Origin: Balanoglossus misakiensis
Lineage: Eukaryota; Animalia; Hemichordata
DNA: 64,000 nt
Assembly (NCBI GenBank): GCA_040954595.2
Contig: CM082593.2
Coordinates: forward strand, 8,096,043 to 8,160,042
Direction: 5' to 3'
In this document: positions 13,697 to 26,700 of the stretch, one piece after another
Position numbering within the stretch: position 1 is the stretch's first letter
Layout: each line of letters opens with the position of its first letter
The notes under the pieces: model-generated
Told to the model about the DNA's origin: nothing
Seen by the model: the letters and a program-made list of their open reading frames with translations, nothing else
Database searches by the model: none
Translations under genes and position numbers: made by a program

Positions 13697-16600
13697 ATTA
13701 AGAAAGAAATGGGTTACGTAAAAACAAACGTTAGATAATAAATTAGTAACACATTGATCATTTTTGACGATCGCTTCTGGATATTTCGGAGTTGTATAAT
13801 TGTTATGTTCACAGTACTCTCATTAACTTGTTGCGAGTCAGAGGTTAAAGCTAAGTGTTTGATTCAAACGAATGTAAATCAACTAAAATGAGCACGTGGA
13901 TCTTTTTATGAGAGTCAAACAAGACTACACTTCCAGATGGGGGAATTATGTCGTATAATTGTGAAAATCTGTGTATGTAATTTACGATAAATAAAGTTTT
14001 GGAATTTTTGAAATCAATGAAAATGCAAAGTTTTCTCGATTTCTGCGCACGAGAAAGAATATAGGCACATGTACGTGTACGTGTATATATAAATCGAACA
14101 GATGCCGGTTTTCCTGACATTGACTAGTGACGTCACATATACAATAATGCAAACAGTGAGGTGTTTTAATGAAGGACACGGTACAACAAGACTAGCGTTG
14201 TCGTACGTGTTGTAGGGCTTTTGAACATGCTCAAAATTTCGTGTCGTACATGATCGTGTCTCGGTCACATCGATCGTAATTGCACTGTATGTGGCAACAT
14301 TGCTGAGCATGTGTGCTAGTTCGGGATGCAAATATCGGTTCTGATCGTGTCGTGGCTTCTCTTGCATGCGCGCAGATACGAAGGAACTGTCAACTACAAA
14401 TGCGAGCGAAAACACGCTCATTACTTGTTGCCAGGTAACGTCGCGCTGGGCGTACTCCTACATTGCCGATACACATGCAAATGCCTCTTCTTTTGTATTT
14501 AAGGTGTCACCGTCTCCGACAAATCTTTGAAAAGATCTAAGCCAGTTTTCCAGATGAAAATTCCACTGGGAAATGTTTGTTGGGTATCTTACAGCAGTAG
14601 TTGTCAGTGTGCGACGATTTATTCCGTGGTAGGAAAATTGCCTAGAGAGGCAGTGTGCACATATCGTCAGTAAGAAGGTGAAACATCGTGATCAGTCAAA
14701 AGCATAAACATACGCCGATGTTTGCCTGCAGTAAGAGCCCAACAATACACATAGGTACTTTACCTGGAGTACTAGAGATGACATTTCAGTAATAAGAACT
14801 TCTAAAAACACGCAAACCACGATATAAGAAAAGACCTGGGGTTCTTTTAATTTGTCATGCGAAAAGATTGGACCAATACGCCATCGGCCAGACAAGCATT
14901 TTTGCAGGAAGGGATTTTTTTTCATCAGAAGCCGATTGCAATTCAGTGGTTCTTCTTTATTCTAACAGAGCTTATATGTCAACATTTTGACGCATCAGAT
15001 TGAATGTTATGCAATGTGTTTCACGTGACATGCATACTTCATACAAAAAAACATGCTGGATATATATCTCGGGCAACTGCTACTTTCATTGTTCATAGGG
15101 CAACGAATGGTTTATTTCTTACGTGTAAAATTGTGGAGAGTGTATATTTTCAAACTATCGGACAAGCAAACGAAACCGAGTTCAACAACATTCCTCACAA
15201 AAGACGGCACCAAGAAAAAATTAACTCTTAGTCCAGACTCAGTACATCTCAATTTATGTTCTCAAAGAGATTGGACCTGTGAACAGGTATACTGTGTAGA
15301 CCGTTGTCAATAACTACAAACTTGTAGATTTAACGAACGTTTTAATCAGTGACATTTCTGGAATTTCTGCATCTATTCTGAAGTAACATATGAGAGATAC
15401 AAATCTGACAGACAGCTGACTGAGATATTTAGATGCGCATGCATATATTACACGTGCTTTAAGATACCTTTCTTCAAGATATATTCACTTGGCTTTTAAT
15501 ACCTAATATTTTCTGCACAAGAAGTTGAAATGTTTGCCCTATACGTGCTTTTTCTCATGGCTTTTCCACTGCAAGTGTCAATTCCCTCATTTCCTGCGCC
15601 CACTTACAATCTTTACGTCTACATGATCTCTCACGGGTGAAGTCATTGTGCAGCCATACTGCATCACTAGGTTTCTATAATTATACTGTGACAATGATGG
15701 TAGCCCAACCATATTTGATACAAATTATGAGCAATTAACGGCTCATAGTCGTTGTCAGAGCTCAGTTCAATGCAGAATGTTGCCACTCTACTGGGTTTCA
15801 GGGTATCTGTCATTTGCTAAGGAAATAAACCGTGCTTCTTCATTAAAATAGTCGGAAAGTACAAGTTTGCAGATTAGCGTTGCTGTGGATTCGAAAGTGA
15901 GTAAGTGACAACTCGAACTAATCTGTCTCGGGTGGATGTAGGCAATCCTGCAAATATTTTTGAACACGAAGTGACCTATTCAAGTGACAATCAAGTGTGA
16001 CATCCAGGTTTTTTCGCATTGCTAACCAACTGTACATCAGAATTCTCGTCTCGAATAGTAGTCGGGAGTACGTACTTTTGGAGATGATCTTTGAGATATG
16101 ACCACCATCACTTCAGCAATACGAACTATGAGTGAAGTCCACGGGAAGGACAGGAATATCGGCGAAACTGGCGCACAAAACTTCCTTGTAAAAACGAGAA
16201 GATTCGCCACACGCAGGTAGACAGGATACACACAGCAAACCGAAATAAATGACAAAATGGTCCCAAAATTGGTGAATAGGAATAATAGTTTACGGAGCGA
16301 GAGACGATGTACACTGACTCGACTCTGACATCCTCAGGGCGGTTTTTTTTTTACATCATTTGGGTCAACGATTTTTGTTTAGGAGAGGCGTCATAAGAGC
16401 TGTCTTGACAGTAGGGTTGAGGCAGAACTGATAGATTCGTTGATATTAATCAATTATTTATGATCAGATTATGGGTACCAATAAAATGCTTGTAGGAAAC
16501 GAATCTGTCAATGTTCGTGAAATCATAATGATGATGATGATGATGATGATGATTAAACTTTGAATACATTGGACGAAGATAACTCGGCGTTGTTCAGAAT

Positions 16601-18229
16601 AAATACCACAATTACAACCACTGATCAGTTCATACAGACATGCAGTCTCAGTTTCCGGGAAATTCAAGCATGTACGTTAACTTATTTCTTGTCTGCGTTG
16701 GAAATTGAAGGACAGGGGGTCGATTGAACACATCTTATTTTGTATTAGGACATTTGGTGTAAAAGCTACGATTTTTCGGAAGGGCTATCTCATGCTTGTC
16801 GTACCGTGTGATAATTATTTCTAAATTTGAGACTTCCTTTTGATCGGACTGTCACCAAGGTCGCATGGCCCATTTTGCAAGGTCGGCATGGCAACGACGG
16901 ATGAAGAGTACTGTTGCTCATTATGGAACCGCGCACCTCAACAACATGAAGATTTGAAACACATGGTCACAGAATTATGAGTCAAAAGGTTAAAACCGTA
17001 CAAAGTAGCCCAAAACAAGAAAAGGTCTTTCGGATTCAAGAAAAAAAAACACATTTTACTGAGAATGTTAATCCAAAAGTGAAATTATCAAACAACTAGA
17101 AAATGTGTAAAGTGTACATCCTATCTTGTATAAACGTCAGAGTGAAGGCTTAAATAATTTGCCGAAGTGTTCCACATGACAATTTTCAAAATGTAAGAAA
17201 GCATCATTTTCGCTTTTACTGGGCGAGACATATATACTGCCAGATACTGATTGTCTGATTTCGTATATATTAGAACGTATGGCTTTCGTTTGATCATTTA
17301 CGAAGAACAAGTATTGATTAAATTAGTGTTTAGCCTACTTGCCGAAATAAGACATATGACATCAAAACAATTCCGTCACACGACTCCGAGGTTGGGGCTT
17401 GATGTGAACATGTTTTGATACAACTAGAAAAATTAGAACCGACGAAAAAGGCGAAAAACTGATCATAACGTTCACCTTCATTTTATCTTGTTTGGTATAA
17501 TCTTGAGTTATTTTTTACACACATTGCGAAGACCGAACGCAAAATATGTTATCTGCAAACAACGTGTGTTACAATCAATAAGCTTAGATGACATCCAATC
17601 AACAGGCAAGTACCCAGTGTCATACTTTGTCGGAAACCTTGACAAATCAATCAATAAAAGCATGTCGGATTCCTTTGTCGATTAGTTTCGCTGTGTCAAT
17701 CAAGAATGGGATTAACAGCAGTCGAGTAACATACAACCAACAAGCAGAAACGTTGTAGGCCCTACATGTAATTTGAAGGCACGTCCGCAATGATACAAAC
17801 ACCACTTTTTAATTTTCTCCAATTTGCTTCTTTCTGTGGAAAATTTTAGAGGCGTATACGTAGTGTTGAAGAAAATGACTTCGTAGGCCTAAATAAGTCG
17901 ATAATCCCATCTTGAACAACCCCATGATGAGCTCGTACGTGGACGAGCTCTTGGTCGATTCTTTCCATTTTACGAAAATCAATTGACGATGATCATCCGT
18001 GTGATCATTTGCAATTTGAAATCTGTCAGATTGGTGCGTACGTGGTGTCATTTAGCGGGAGACAGTTGGGCTGAATCCTTTTCTATCAGTGCTCTATTTC
18101 CACTTTAAAATTTCGACTTATTGGGGCAATCGTTACGCTTATTTCCGACGGGCAGTGCTCGAACAGTGACAGTCATGGCTGCAGTTCAGTAACTCGAGGT
18201 TTTGCCTTGGTTTGTGTGTTAGACGGCAA

Positions 18230-18561
18230 AACCAATCGTGTTTTATCCGACTTTCAGCTGAAAAGTGGTCAAAATACTGAACCAAACTGAACCAGGCCTC
18301 GCATCACGCATGCGCTGTATAACCCGGAAGTAATACCAAAGGTCGTCCTGCAATTACCTGAACCGGGAAAGGCTGTTATTTTAAATTTTCTTGTTCCAGG
18401 GAAGCTAGCAACAGGTTGGTGCAAATTTATGAAACTAAAGAACATTTTCAGCAACACAATGTAATTTTTTGTAGTGTGGATTTTATGGATCTCACTGAAC
18501 ACGTATAAAGACCCTCCTTGCGACGCCTGAGCAGTGCATTGCGTTGACCTGTGCAGTGAGT
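18230..18561 (+). promoter_or_regulatory. Probable erlin promoter and non-coding first exon
   Basis: CCAAT at 18232, NRF1-like CGCATGCGC at 18307-18315, ETS/GABP CCGGAAGT at 18324-18331, donor-like GTGAGT at 18556. Erlin coding exon 1 is preceded by an acceptor at 23625, so an upstream UTR exon is expected. CpG density appears to fall downstream. The assignment is inference. Confidence 0.55.
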
Positions 18562-18859
18562 AAGCATCTCTGCAATGCATGTTCGCTGCAATCACAGTCG
18601 GTTGGGAACTGTTATACACGGCGATTGCTCCGAGAGTCCTATAACCCCAGAGCCTGTGCCTATGACTATGCTATCGCCGTGTGTAACAATTCCCAAGCGA
18701 CTGTGAGCGTCACTAGTGATGCGAACAACATCGTCAACCCAGCAGCAGCACCTGCTATGACCATTGCAGCCAGTTCGCTGTACCACTTGTTGCCAGACTG
18801 GGTACACGTGTACTCACAGGCTAGGCATTCGTAGTGTACTGTGTTGTTGGGATAGTACA

Positions 18860-19080
18860 CAGTGTTTCATTCAGGATGCCATCAACAGGGGGGATATGTC
18901 CCCCTTTGCAAGAATATTGGGGGAGGGGATTCCACTCTGGCAAGGGGGACTCACTGTAGTATCGCCAACATGTGAATCACGTTTTAAGGGGCACTGTTCC
19001 CCCCTTGACAAATTGCTAGGGGGTGTCAGCATGTCAACAAGGGGTGAATCCCCTTATCCCTCTGTCTGGATGAAACATTG
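18860..19080. mobile_element. 221-bp MITE (CAGTGTTTCAT...ATGAAACATTG)
   Basis: 15-bp imperfect TIR with AGTACA on both flanks; a related left end occurs at ~20428. Confidence 0.7.
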
Positions 19081-19809
19081 AGTACATTCTTATTTAATAT
19101 GTGGAGTGTATTTATGACTTGCGTATTCAATAAAGAATCATGGTACGTGATAGTACTGTACATGTTGTCTGTGCAGGGGTGGTCTGACAGAAGCAACATT
19201 GCTTCTGAACCAACTTGCACTCTTGTCAACTTTCCTTGGATAGTCCAAAGCACTGCCCCACAGGTTTGGATCCCACTCTCTGATGATTTATCAATAGCAA
19301 GATGTGTATCAAACTAAATCAGTTTTGATTTGAAATCTAGACGAATTTTGGCTAAAACCTGCACGGATGTACATGTAACGGGTGCTTTTTCTGTATCGTT
19401 CCCTGGAGACATGAGTCATCGTACAGCTTGCAGCATCTGTCAACTCCCCACAACTTGTGGAATCTGTCAACTATTTTCTTTTCTGAAAGCAATTGTCTGA
19501 TTTCTTTGACATGTAGTACGTAGGTTCCTAGGGGTGATCTGAGTAAAGGTTGTTCAAGTTGTGGTGAAAATATTTTGTCTTCACACACTTTTTAAACAGC
19601 ACGACGACTACTGTACTATAGGTTATTTTACAGTTGCCTTTTTTTAGTCAAAAGTCGGAGTACATGATTTTCCAACCCAGTAAATAAGTACGACAACTTT
19701 TGCACACAAAAAAATGATATATCTGAGCGTAGGTGCTGGTGAAACTACGATCAGTATGGCTGTATTGACAATGGTGAGTGGACATGGAAACCTTTAGGAA
19801 TCATGTCAA

Positions 19810-20062
19810 GGCCAAATAAAAACTATGCGCTGTTCCGATTATCCGACCTACCCTAATTTTAGTCAATTGACCCTAAACTTTTTAGAGCTTCGTAAACCAG
19901 AAGTAGAAATAACGATGGCTAATGTACAAAATTTATGAAAATTGCGAGTATCAGGCAAGAACTATGATATCATTCTTCTACACTACGCCGGCCAAAGATA
20001 TAAAAATTCCCTACCTACCCTATTTTTGAAAACATGTATAAACCAGAACATTTTATTTGGCC
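19810..20062. mobile_element. Harbinger-type MITE, same family as 59768-60087, opposite orientation
   Basis: GGCCAAATAAAA...TTTTATTTGGCC; internal CCGACCTACCCTAATTTT and CCCTACCTACCC shared in reverse complement with the 59.8-kb copy. Confidence 0.8.
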
Positions 20063-21139
20063 TAAGCTAGTGAGTCTGCTGTAATTAATTTCAAGAACTA
20101 GAAATTGAAAATCTGCTCACTCTTGTTGAAATATTGCCCCTGTTGGTCTCAATTATCAACTTGGAACTTCCAGTGAGTCGATAACTGACATGATTTCCCA
20201 GCTGACTTGCCATATGTTGGGTGAGAGATTTGTCAAATTTGTAAATCAAAGCTGGCCTTAGGTGTGAGTTGTACTTGCTGCCAATATATCCAGCAACGTT
20301 TGCAGTTAATTTCGCTGTAGCTTGCAGAGTTTGCTGATCTCTCCTATAAGGAAAGAACAAATACACTGAAAAATCTGCTGCCACAATCGCAATTACTTAG
20401 AGTGCAACATTTCTCAGTTTCACTTTCAGTGTTTCATCCAAGATGGCATCAACAAGGGGGGGGGGGGATATTTCCCTCTTTGCCAGAATATTTTCTTTTT
20501 TTTGGGGGGGGGGGGGGATCCGGACCGCAGCTTTTCGGCCGAAAATTGATTTTATCGAAGCAAAATCCTTTCCTTGTCTCCTTCTACCTCCTAACCGACT
20601 CCAAATACGACGCGATCAACTCCTAATGGAGGTGGAGGCCGTGTAACTGTAACACTGCGAAAACAAACAGACCTGTAGGCCTAAGCATAGCTACTCCATG
20701 CATGGCCATGGTTGAAACGACCCCGAAGTCCTCCATGTATTTTGTCTATTGTCTGTCATAACGTATTTAAAATTAAACTGTGGTCAACATTTTGTACGAT
20801 GGCACGCTGGATGAGCTTTCCTCGCAAAAGTGAACACTTCCGGTTAGCGCGATTTCATTTGAGGAATGCAAATCTCGAACAAACCATAACAGTTGAGGAA
20901 ATCAACGAACAAATGCAAAAAACTTTGACCCTAATTTGATATACAACATTTAATTGGTCAATCCTACTATTCCACCCTGAGTGAGACATTACTCTGGTAA
21001 TAATTACATGTCCAATATTGTAGTTCTACCACGCCAGTCAACCAATCCATGACATCATCACATGTGTCTGATGGGTCAGATGCAACAACATTGCATAATA
21101 AGCAGGACAATGTTGTACCACCTATAAAAAGTGTTGCCA

Positions 21140-21420
21140 AATTCTTGAAGAATTACATAGTCGCACAACAATACAATGTACGGTCACAGTGTCAGTGGTG
21201 TTGAGATTTCAGCTCAGTTGAAAATGAAAGTGCATTTTTCTGTCTATTGTGTGTCAGGAAATGTAATTCTTGAAGAATTACGTAATTTCACAACTGCTGG
21301 TGGCCAAAGTACTTAATGAAGACTACAATGCAATGTTCTGTCACAGTGTCAGTGGTGTTGAGATTTCAGAAAGTGCATATTTTGCCAGGAATGACCAATT
21401 TCTGTCTATTCTGTACCAGG
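21140..21420. repeat. Local imperfect tandem duplication
   Basis: ATTCTTGAAGAATTAC, GTCACAGTGTCAGTGGTGTTGAGATTTCAG and TTTCTGTCTATT each occur twice in the same order. Confidence 0.75.
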
Positions 21421-22330
21421 AGACATAAAAGTAGAGAACCTTGCAGTCATAAGACGAAAGACGTGTCAAGGTAGAAACGTGCCAATCTAGCTGAGTCATA
21501 AATGCTGAACAAGAGAACATGGTGATAAAATTTCAATTTACGTTTCTGTTCTGCCTGTTACTTAGCGATTGCTGAGCAACCATTTCAGATTTCCCGACAT
21601 TGTTGAATTTGAGAAAGTGACACAGACTGAGAAGCATTGGCAGGGACACAGATAGCCAGTGACTGATTTTTGTGTTTAGACCTGCAAAATGTTTGGTGGT
21701 CAAGAAAGACCTCGAATAAAATTTGTTTATCACAAAAAGGATTGGTAGTTTAATGCAAATGTATACATGTAGTTTGATGAATACCTCACAGTGAAAATAG
21801 AATTGTCGTAACGGTAAATGACGTCTACAGTCATGGTTTACAGTTTTGACTTGCGTCACCTTTCATGGCTAGCAAGGAAACATCATGTTTATTGAATATT
21901 CAGTAAGGAGCTTTGTATGCGTCGCCAAGAGATGAAAAACTGATGCAAATGCAAGTAATATGGCTTAATGGTGAGGATTTTAGAGGCTAGGGAATATATT
22001 TGAAGTATTTTACTGTGGAAAAGAATATGTGGAATTTGGCAGCTATAGGGGCTTTAACTCACCAACTACAAGTGTACCAGTAGTATGGTACACTAGTTTA
22101 TGTTCATTTAGGTGTCGTATACCGCCAGGCAAAATGCTCATTTTAGAAACATCTGATATTCCACCATGATATCCTTCAGTATTTTCATCTAGTGGGGGAA
22201 CCAGCGGGGAGTAGGTCTCTGTCAATGACTTCTCGTATTCAAAAATGTCAAGCTGCACTTAAAATAATGATTTTGCTTCAGGATATTTGATGTAGAATGA
22301 AGTGTTTGACAAGGTGACTCACTCTTTGCA

Positions 22331-22517
22331 TACTGTAAAACAGGAAATTTTCGTGAACTACATGAGAGCTCACAAAACGCGAAAATAAAAAAAGTCGCAT
22401 AAAAATGTTCTTCGGAGATAACGATGCAGTGAAATACGAGAACGTGAAACCGCATAAAACTTGCCTCTGTTGATATCGCGAAAATTTCCTGTCGCGAAAA
22501 TTTCCTGCTTTTCAGTA
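22331..22517. mobile_element. TA-flanked ~200-bp MITE family A (Tc1/mariner-like), copy 1
   Basis: TACTGTAAAAC...TTTTCAGTA ends; internal TTTTCGCG/CGCGAAAA repeats shared with the other copies. Confidence 0.8.
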
Positions 22518-23636
22518 TTATTTGGGCTGTTGAAGGGGCCATATTGGCAAATTTGCATAACAGTAGAACAAGCTGTTTAAAAATCTTGTGTAAATAAAGC
22601 TATTTTCCAGCACATTGGATGTTTGCAGCATTTTTCCATCTTTGACAGATATCAAATAATGTACATCCTGACAGTAGCAATATGACATCACAATTTATTC
22701 ATTTTATAAGTAATAAATGATTTCAAAATGAGTTTTAAGTTTGTTAATAAACTTACAATTCCTACATTTTTGTAGAGCCAGCCTGAGGACATTAATGCAG
22801 AATGCAATTAATATTCTGCAAAAATGATATACCTCTTAATGGTATTTAAATGTAGTAACATATGTAAAATGTCAAAATTTGTCATTACAATTTATCATTC
22901 TTTACAATGTCTCTTCAATCAAAAATGCTTTTAGTCATTTCTGACAACCTTATGACTGTGATGTTACAGACAGTTCAAAAATGTCCACTGTTCTGCAATG
23001 CTATTATTTTGGTTTATTTTAAAGCAATATTGGATGTCTTCTTATAATGTAATAATTATATATCTAAATTATGTAAATGATATGAAAAATAGCCCTTGTC
23101 AAATAATCTGACATTGACACTTTGGGCTGATCAAAGATCCTCCAGTTGACAGGGACTGTGGTCTGATGAAAGTTTCAGTGCCATACATTCAAAATCTAAT
23201 CTAAACTCGAAAAAATTGTTAGCGTAGAAGACTCTTTTCTTGTTGTATAGCCCATTCATAATGAATATAGAATTTTTTTCCTTTTCTATTATATGTACTG
23301 ATAAAGAAATCAGTGTTGAAAATAATTGTCCAAAAATAATTCACTATCCAGATGATACAACTTCAGCTAATAGCTTTTCCTGAATAACCAAAGCCAAACT
23401 TCACATTCATGTATATGTAAAAATAAACTGTTCTAACCTTTCCCATTCAGAACTTTTCTAATAAATGGAGTATTTCTGAAATTGGTTGCTTTTAGGCCAA
23501 AATTGCCATGTACAATGTAAACTACAGTGTCTGTTGAAATTGCCAAAAATTGTTTTTTTTCCATTAAAAGCACTTTAGGATGAACCTTTAATTTTACGAT
23601 TGTTTGTTTTATATTCTGCATACAGGTTGAATAGAG

Positions 23637-23721
23637 ATGGCAAATGCTTTGGTTGCATTGGCAATTGGTGTTGCTTTCACAGCATTCTCTTTGAACTTCT
23701 CTGTTCACAAAATTGAAGAAG
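23637..23721 (+). CDS. ERLIN2: Erlin coding exon 1 ([29 protein letters not shown]; N-terminal membrane anchor)
   Basis: Acceptor tacag ends at 23625, ATG at 23637, donor gtaggt at 23722; hydrophobic N-terminus followed by HKIEEG. Confidence 0.95.
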
Positions 23722-26700
23722 GTAGGTATTCAAGGTACTCTTGTTGATATACTGTAAAACGGGTTATTTTCGCGAGCTATAAATTTTTGCAAAATACGCG
23801 AGAGCCAAACAAAAACCATGAAAATAAAAATTAATGAAAACAGCTACACATCAAACATGTATATATGTATGATATTATAAAATGGCTGAACAAAAACCCT
23901 TTTTATATGGTATATATAGAACTAAATTTGATTTGTAAAGGGTACTTGAAGTCTACATGTAGTTGCACTGAACTTATCGACTTGACAGCAGAACTACATG
24001 TACTTAATTAAAATTGATACTCCAAGGTGCCATTTAATATTGTGATGACCAGTATGTATCATTGTCTGTCTAGTACTTGATGAGGTCACCGACGTGCATG
24101 GCAAACATAAAAAAAGGATGTTTGATTTAAAAGAAAAAATGTTATGGCATATACTGTACATACTGTAAAACAGGTTATTTTCACGAGCAATACTACGCGA
24201 GAGCCAAAACTACGTGAAAATAAAAAGTCGCGTAAAATGTTTTTCGGGGATAACATCATGCAGTGAAATACGAGAACGCGAAAATTAATCCTCGCGTAAC
24301 AGTTGCCTCTTTTGATATCGCGAAAATTTCCTGTCGCGAAAATAACCCGTTTTACAGTATGTATCACCTGTTCGCCCTCTATCAAATTTGATTGATGGAA
24401 ATACTGCATCTTTTTAAAGATTTATAGAAATGTTTCTAATTTGTATCTACCTGTACCAGTACATTTTCTAGGGTCACATGGAATTTGTGCCATGGTGTTA
24501 CGCCTTTATGTTTATGCACAGCCCATATCTGTATCAAGACCATCTTGGGAATTTTGCGATCCCGTGAGGCTCGTACAGGCATGTTCCCTTGGTCATGTTG
24601 CCTAATTGAATTCATATGTAGCTGTCTGACAGTGCACGTTAATCAATTTCTATGCATTGTGCTGTTAACATCAACCCCAGACCTTAGTTCATTTAACGTG
24701 TTTCAAAACGAGATTCATAGAAAAATGAGAAAACCTGCTGTTGATGATACATACATGAACTGAATGAAAAATGGTCTGTGTTACACTTCTAGGAGTCCAA
24801 ATATAAAACTATGATCCCTCACAGCAGAACTTATTTGTCTGATTGCTCCAAAGTTGTAGTCTTAGCAAAGTAGGCACACTTTCAACCATTATTAAGGTTC
24901 CAAGACAAGTAATTTCCTCTTTGAAGCTAGGAATTCTCGGATAATTATTGAGCTGCGAACCCCCTTAAGGTAAATGGGTACCCAAACGTTATTGTCATTT
25001 TCCTGATTTCTCAATGTATGTTAAAACAAATATAGAGAGAAAATAGGGTGTTCCCATGCTACAAGCATGACAAGCATCACGTACACAGACAAAGTCACAC
25101 GCATGTGTCCACAATTCACGAACATCGCCGTCGTACATTACTGGAGTTCGTACGACAGTCTGATTATGCGCACAAACACTGAATCAGCTTCATTGTCTCA
25201 TGATGCCAATGACCAGAGATATATCAATCAATTTGTAGATGGTGATCAACAGTTAAAATGACATCATTGATTGACTGGGCTGATGACGCCCACAATAAAT
25301 TCAAACAAAACCTGAGTTCAAACTCATAACGTCAGAAATTTAATAAACAACAAATTTTTTGTCTTGGCTCTGTGGAGGCATACAATCGAAATTTTGAAAG
25401 TTTTAGCGAGTGTTACATTTAAATTTGAAGCTATTTGAAACACCATAAAAGGCAGCCGTCCTAGTTGATGTGTGTAGTGATTAGTAATTTGAAACTGTAT
25501 AAGGGCTCCCCAAGCAGTAGTTCCAAATGACGTGCGTAATGAACGCTAATTATAATGGTCCACGCGTATACATCATGTAAGTTGCAGCAATAACAAAAGA
25601 GAACTGTTGAAACTTGAACAAGAAATGTGAACCAAAAGCTCATTTACATGTAAATCACCTGTAAACCAAGAACAGTCGATGTGTTTAATATGGTTAGGAA
25701 TTAGACGACTGGATTGCAGACACAGGTTCAGTTACTGGTCATAATGAATCCAATTTTGGACATTTTGTGTTGACATCTTATGAACTATCATTGGGTAAAC
25801 TAAAAAAAAACTACTGTAAAACGAGAAATTTTCGCGACAGGAAATTTTCGCGATATCAAAAGATGCAACTGTTACGCGACTATTAATTTTCGTGTTCTCG
25901 TATTCCACCGCATGGTTGTCTCCGAAAAACTTTTTTAAGCGAATTTTTCATTTTCGCATTTCGTAGTTCGCGAAAAATTTATCGTTCGCGAAAATTACCC
26001 GTTTTACAGTACCTGCTCTGGAATCCCAGCCGTTTGATGAAAATTGGGGCATCATGCAAAGAGCTAGGGAGATTAAGTGTACTTTATATGCTAATTAGGC
26101 AGAAGACTGACTATTGGGTCATAATTTTATGATATACCCTTGAGAGAAGTTTGTAAGTAATGAAAATTACATGTAATTGTAAGAGCAGAAAAAAGTAGGA
26201 TTCAATTTTACAAGAAATTTGTGTTTATTGTTTATAATTATTTCACACAAACAACAAGCATTCATATTTGTAAGGGTAATTACAAACTAATATACATGTA
26301 AGAACCTAGTAAATTTAAGAATTTTACCAAGTGAGAATACCAATTCAAGCTGGTCAGATATCTTAATTGCAACTCATCTCCTGAGCCGCAAATTTCAACT
26401 GTACCATTGAACCCATGTGAATGTCCTATATAGAATATCAACATATTCAGTGGAGACTGTGTCATCTCTAATGACACGATCAAAAAGTACTTTACTGGGC
26501 AGGTATGCATTTGTCACTGTTATTGCAGGATGCTTCCCAAGTGTAAGTACCTGAACTACGGTACAATGCTATTAAGATGGCAATCATGATAAAAACCTTA
26601 AAACATTATTCATGTTTTTCAACAAGTGATTTATGTACCGTGGCTTGTTTCCATAGCAACAGTAGTGGCACGTTTTTGTATGTGTATGTATACATGTATA

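Noticed and set aside
14692-14925. Minus-strand ORF with a hydrophobic stretch and donor-like site
   Set aside because: No recognisable homology and no compatible downstream exon found.
17809-18619. Short ORFs around the presumed promoter
   Set aside because: No homology; more simply explained as promoter/UTR sequence.
18849-18870. CACAGTG as an RSS heptamer / Transib end
   Set aside because: The opposite end lacks CACTGTG and no nonamer follows; the match is explained by the flank plus the CAGTG TIR.
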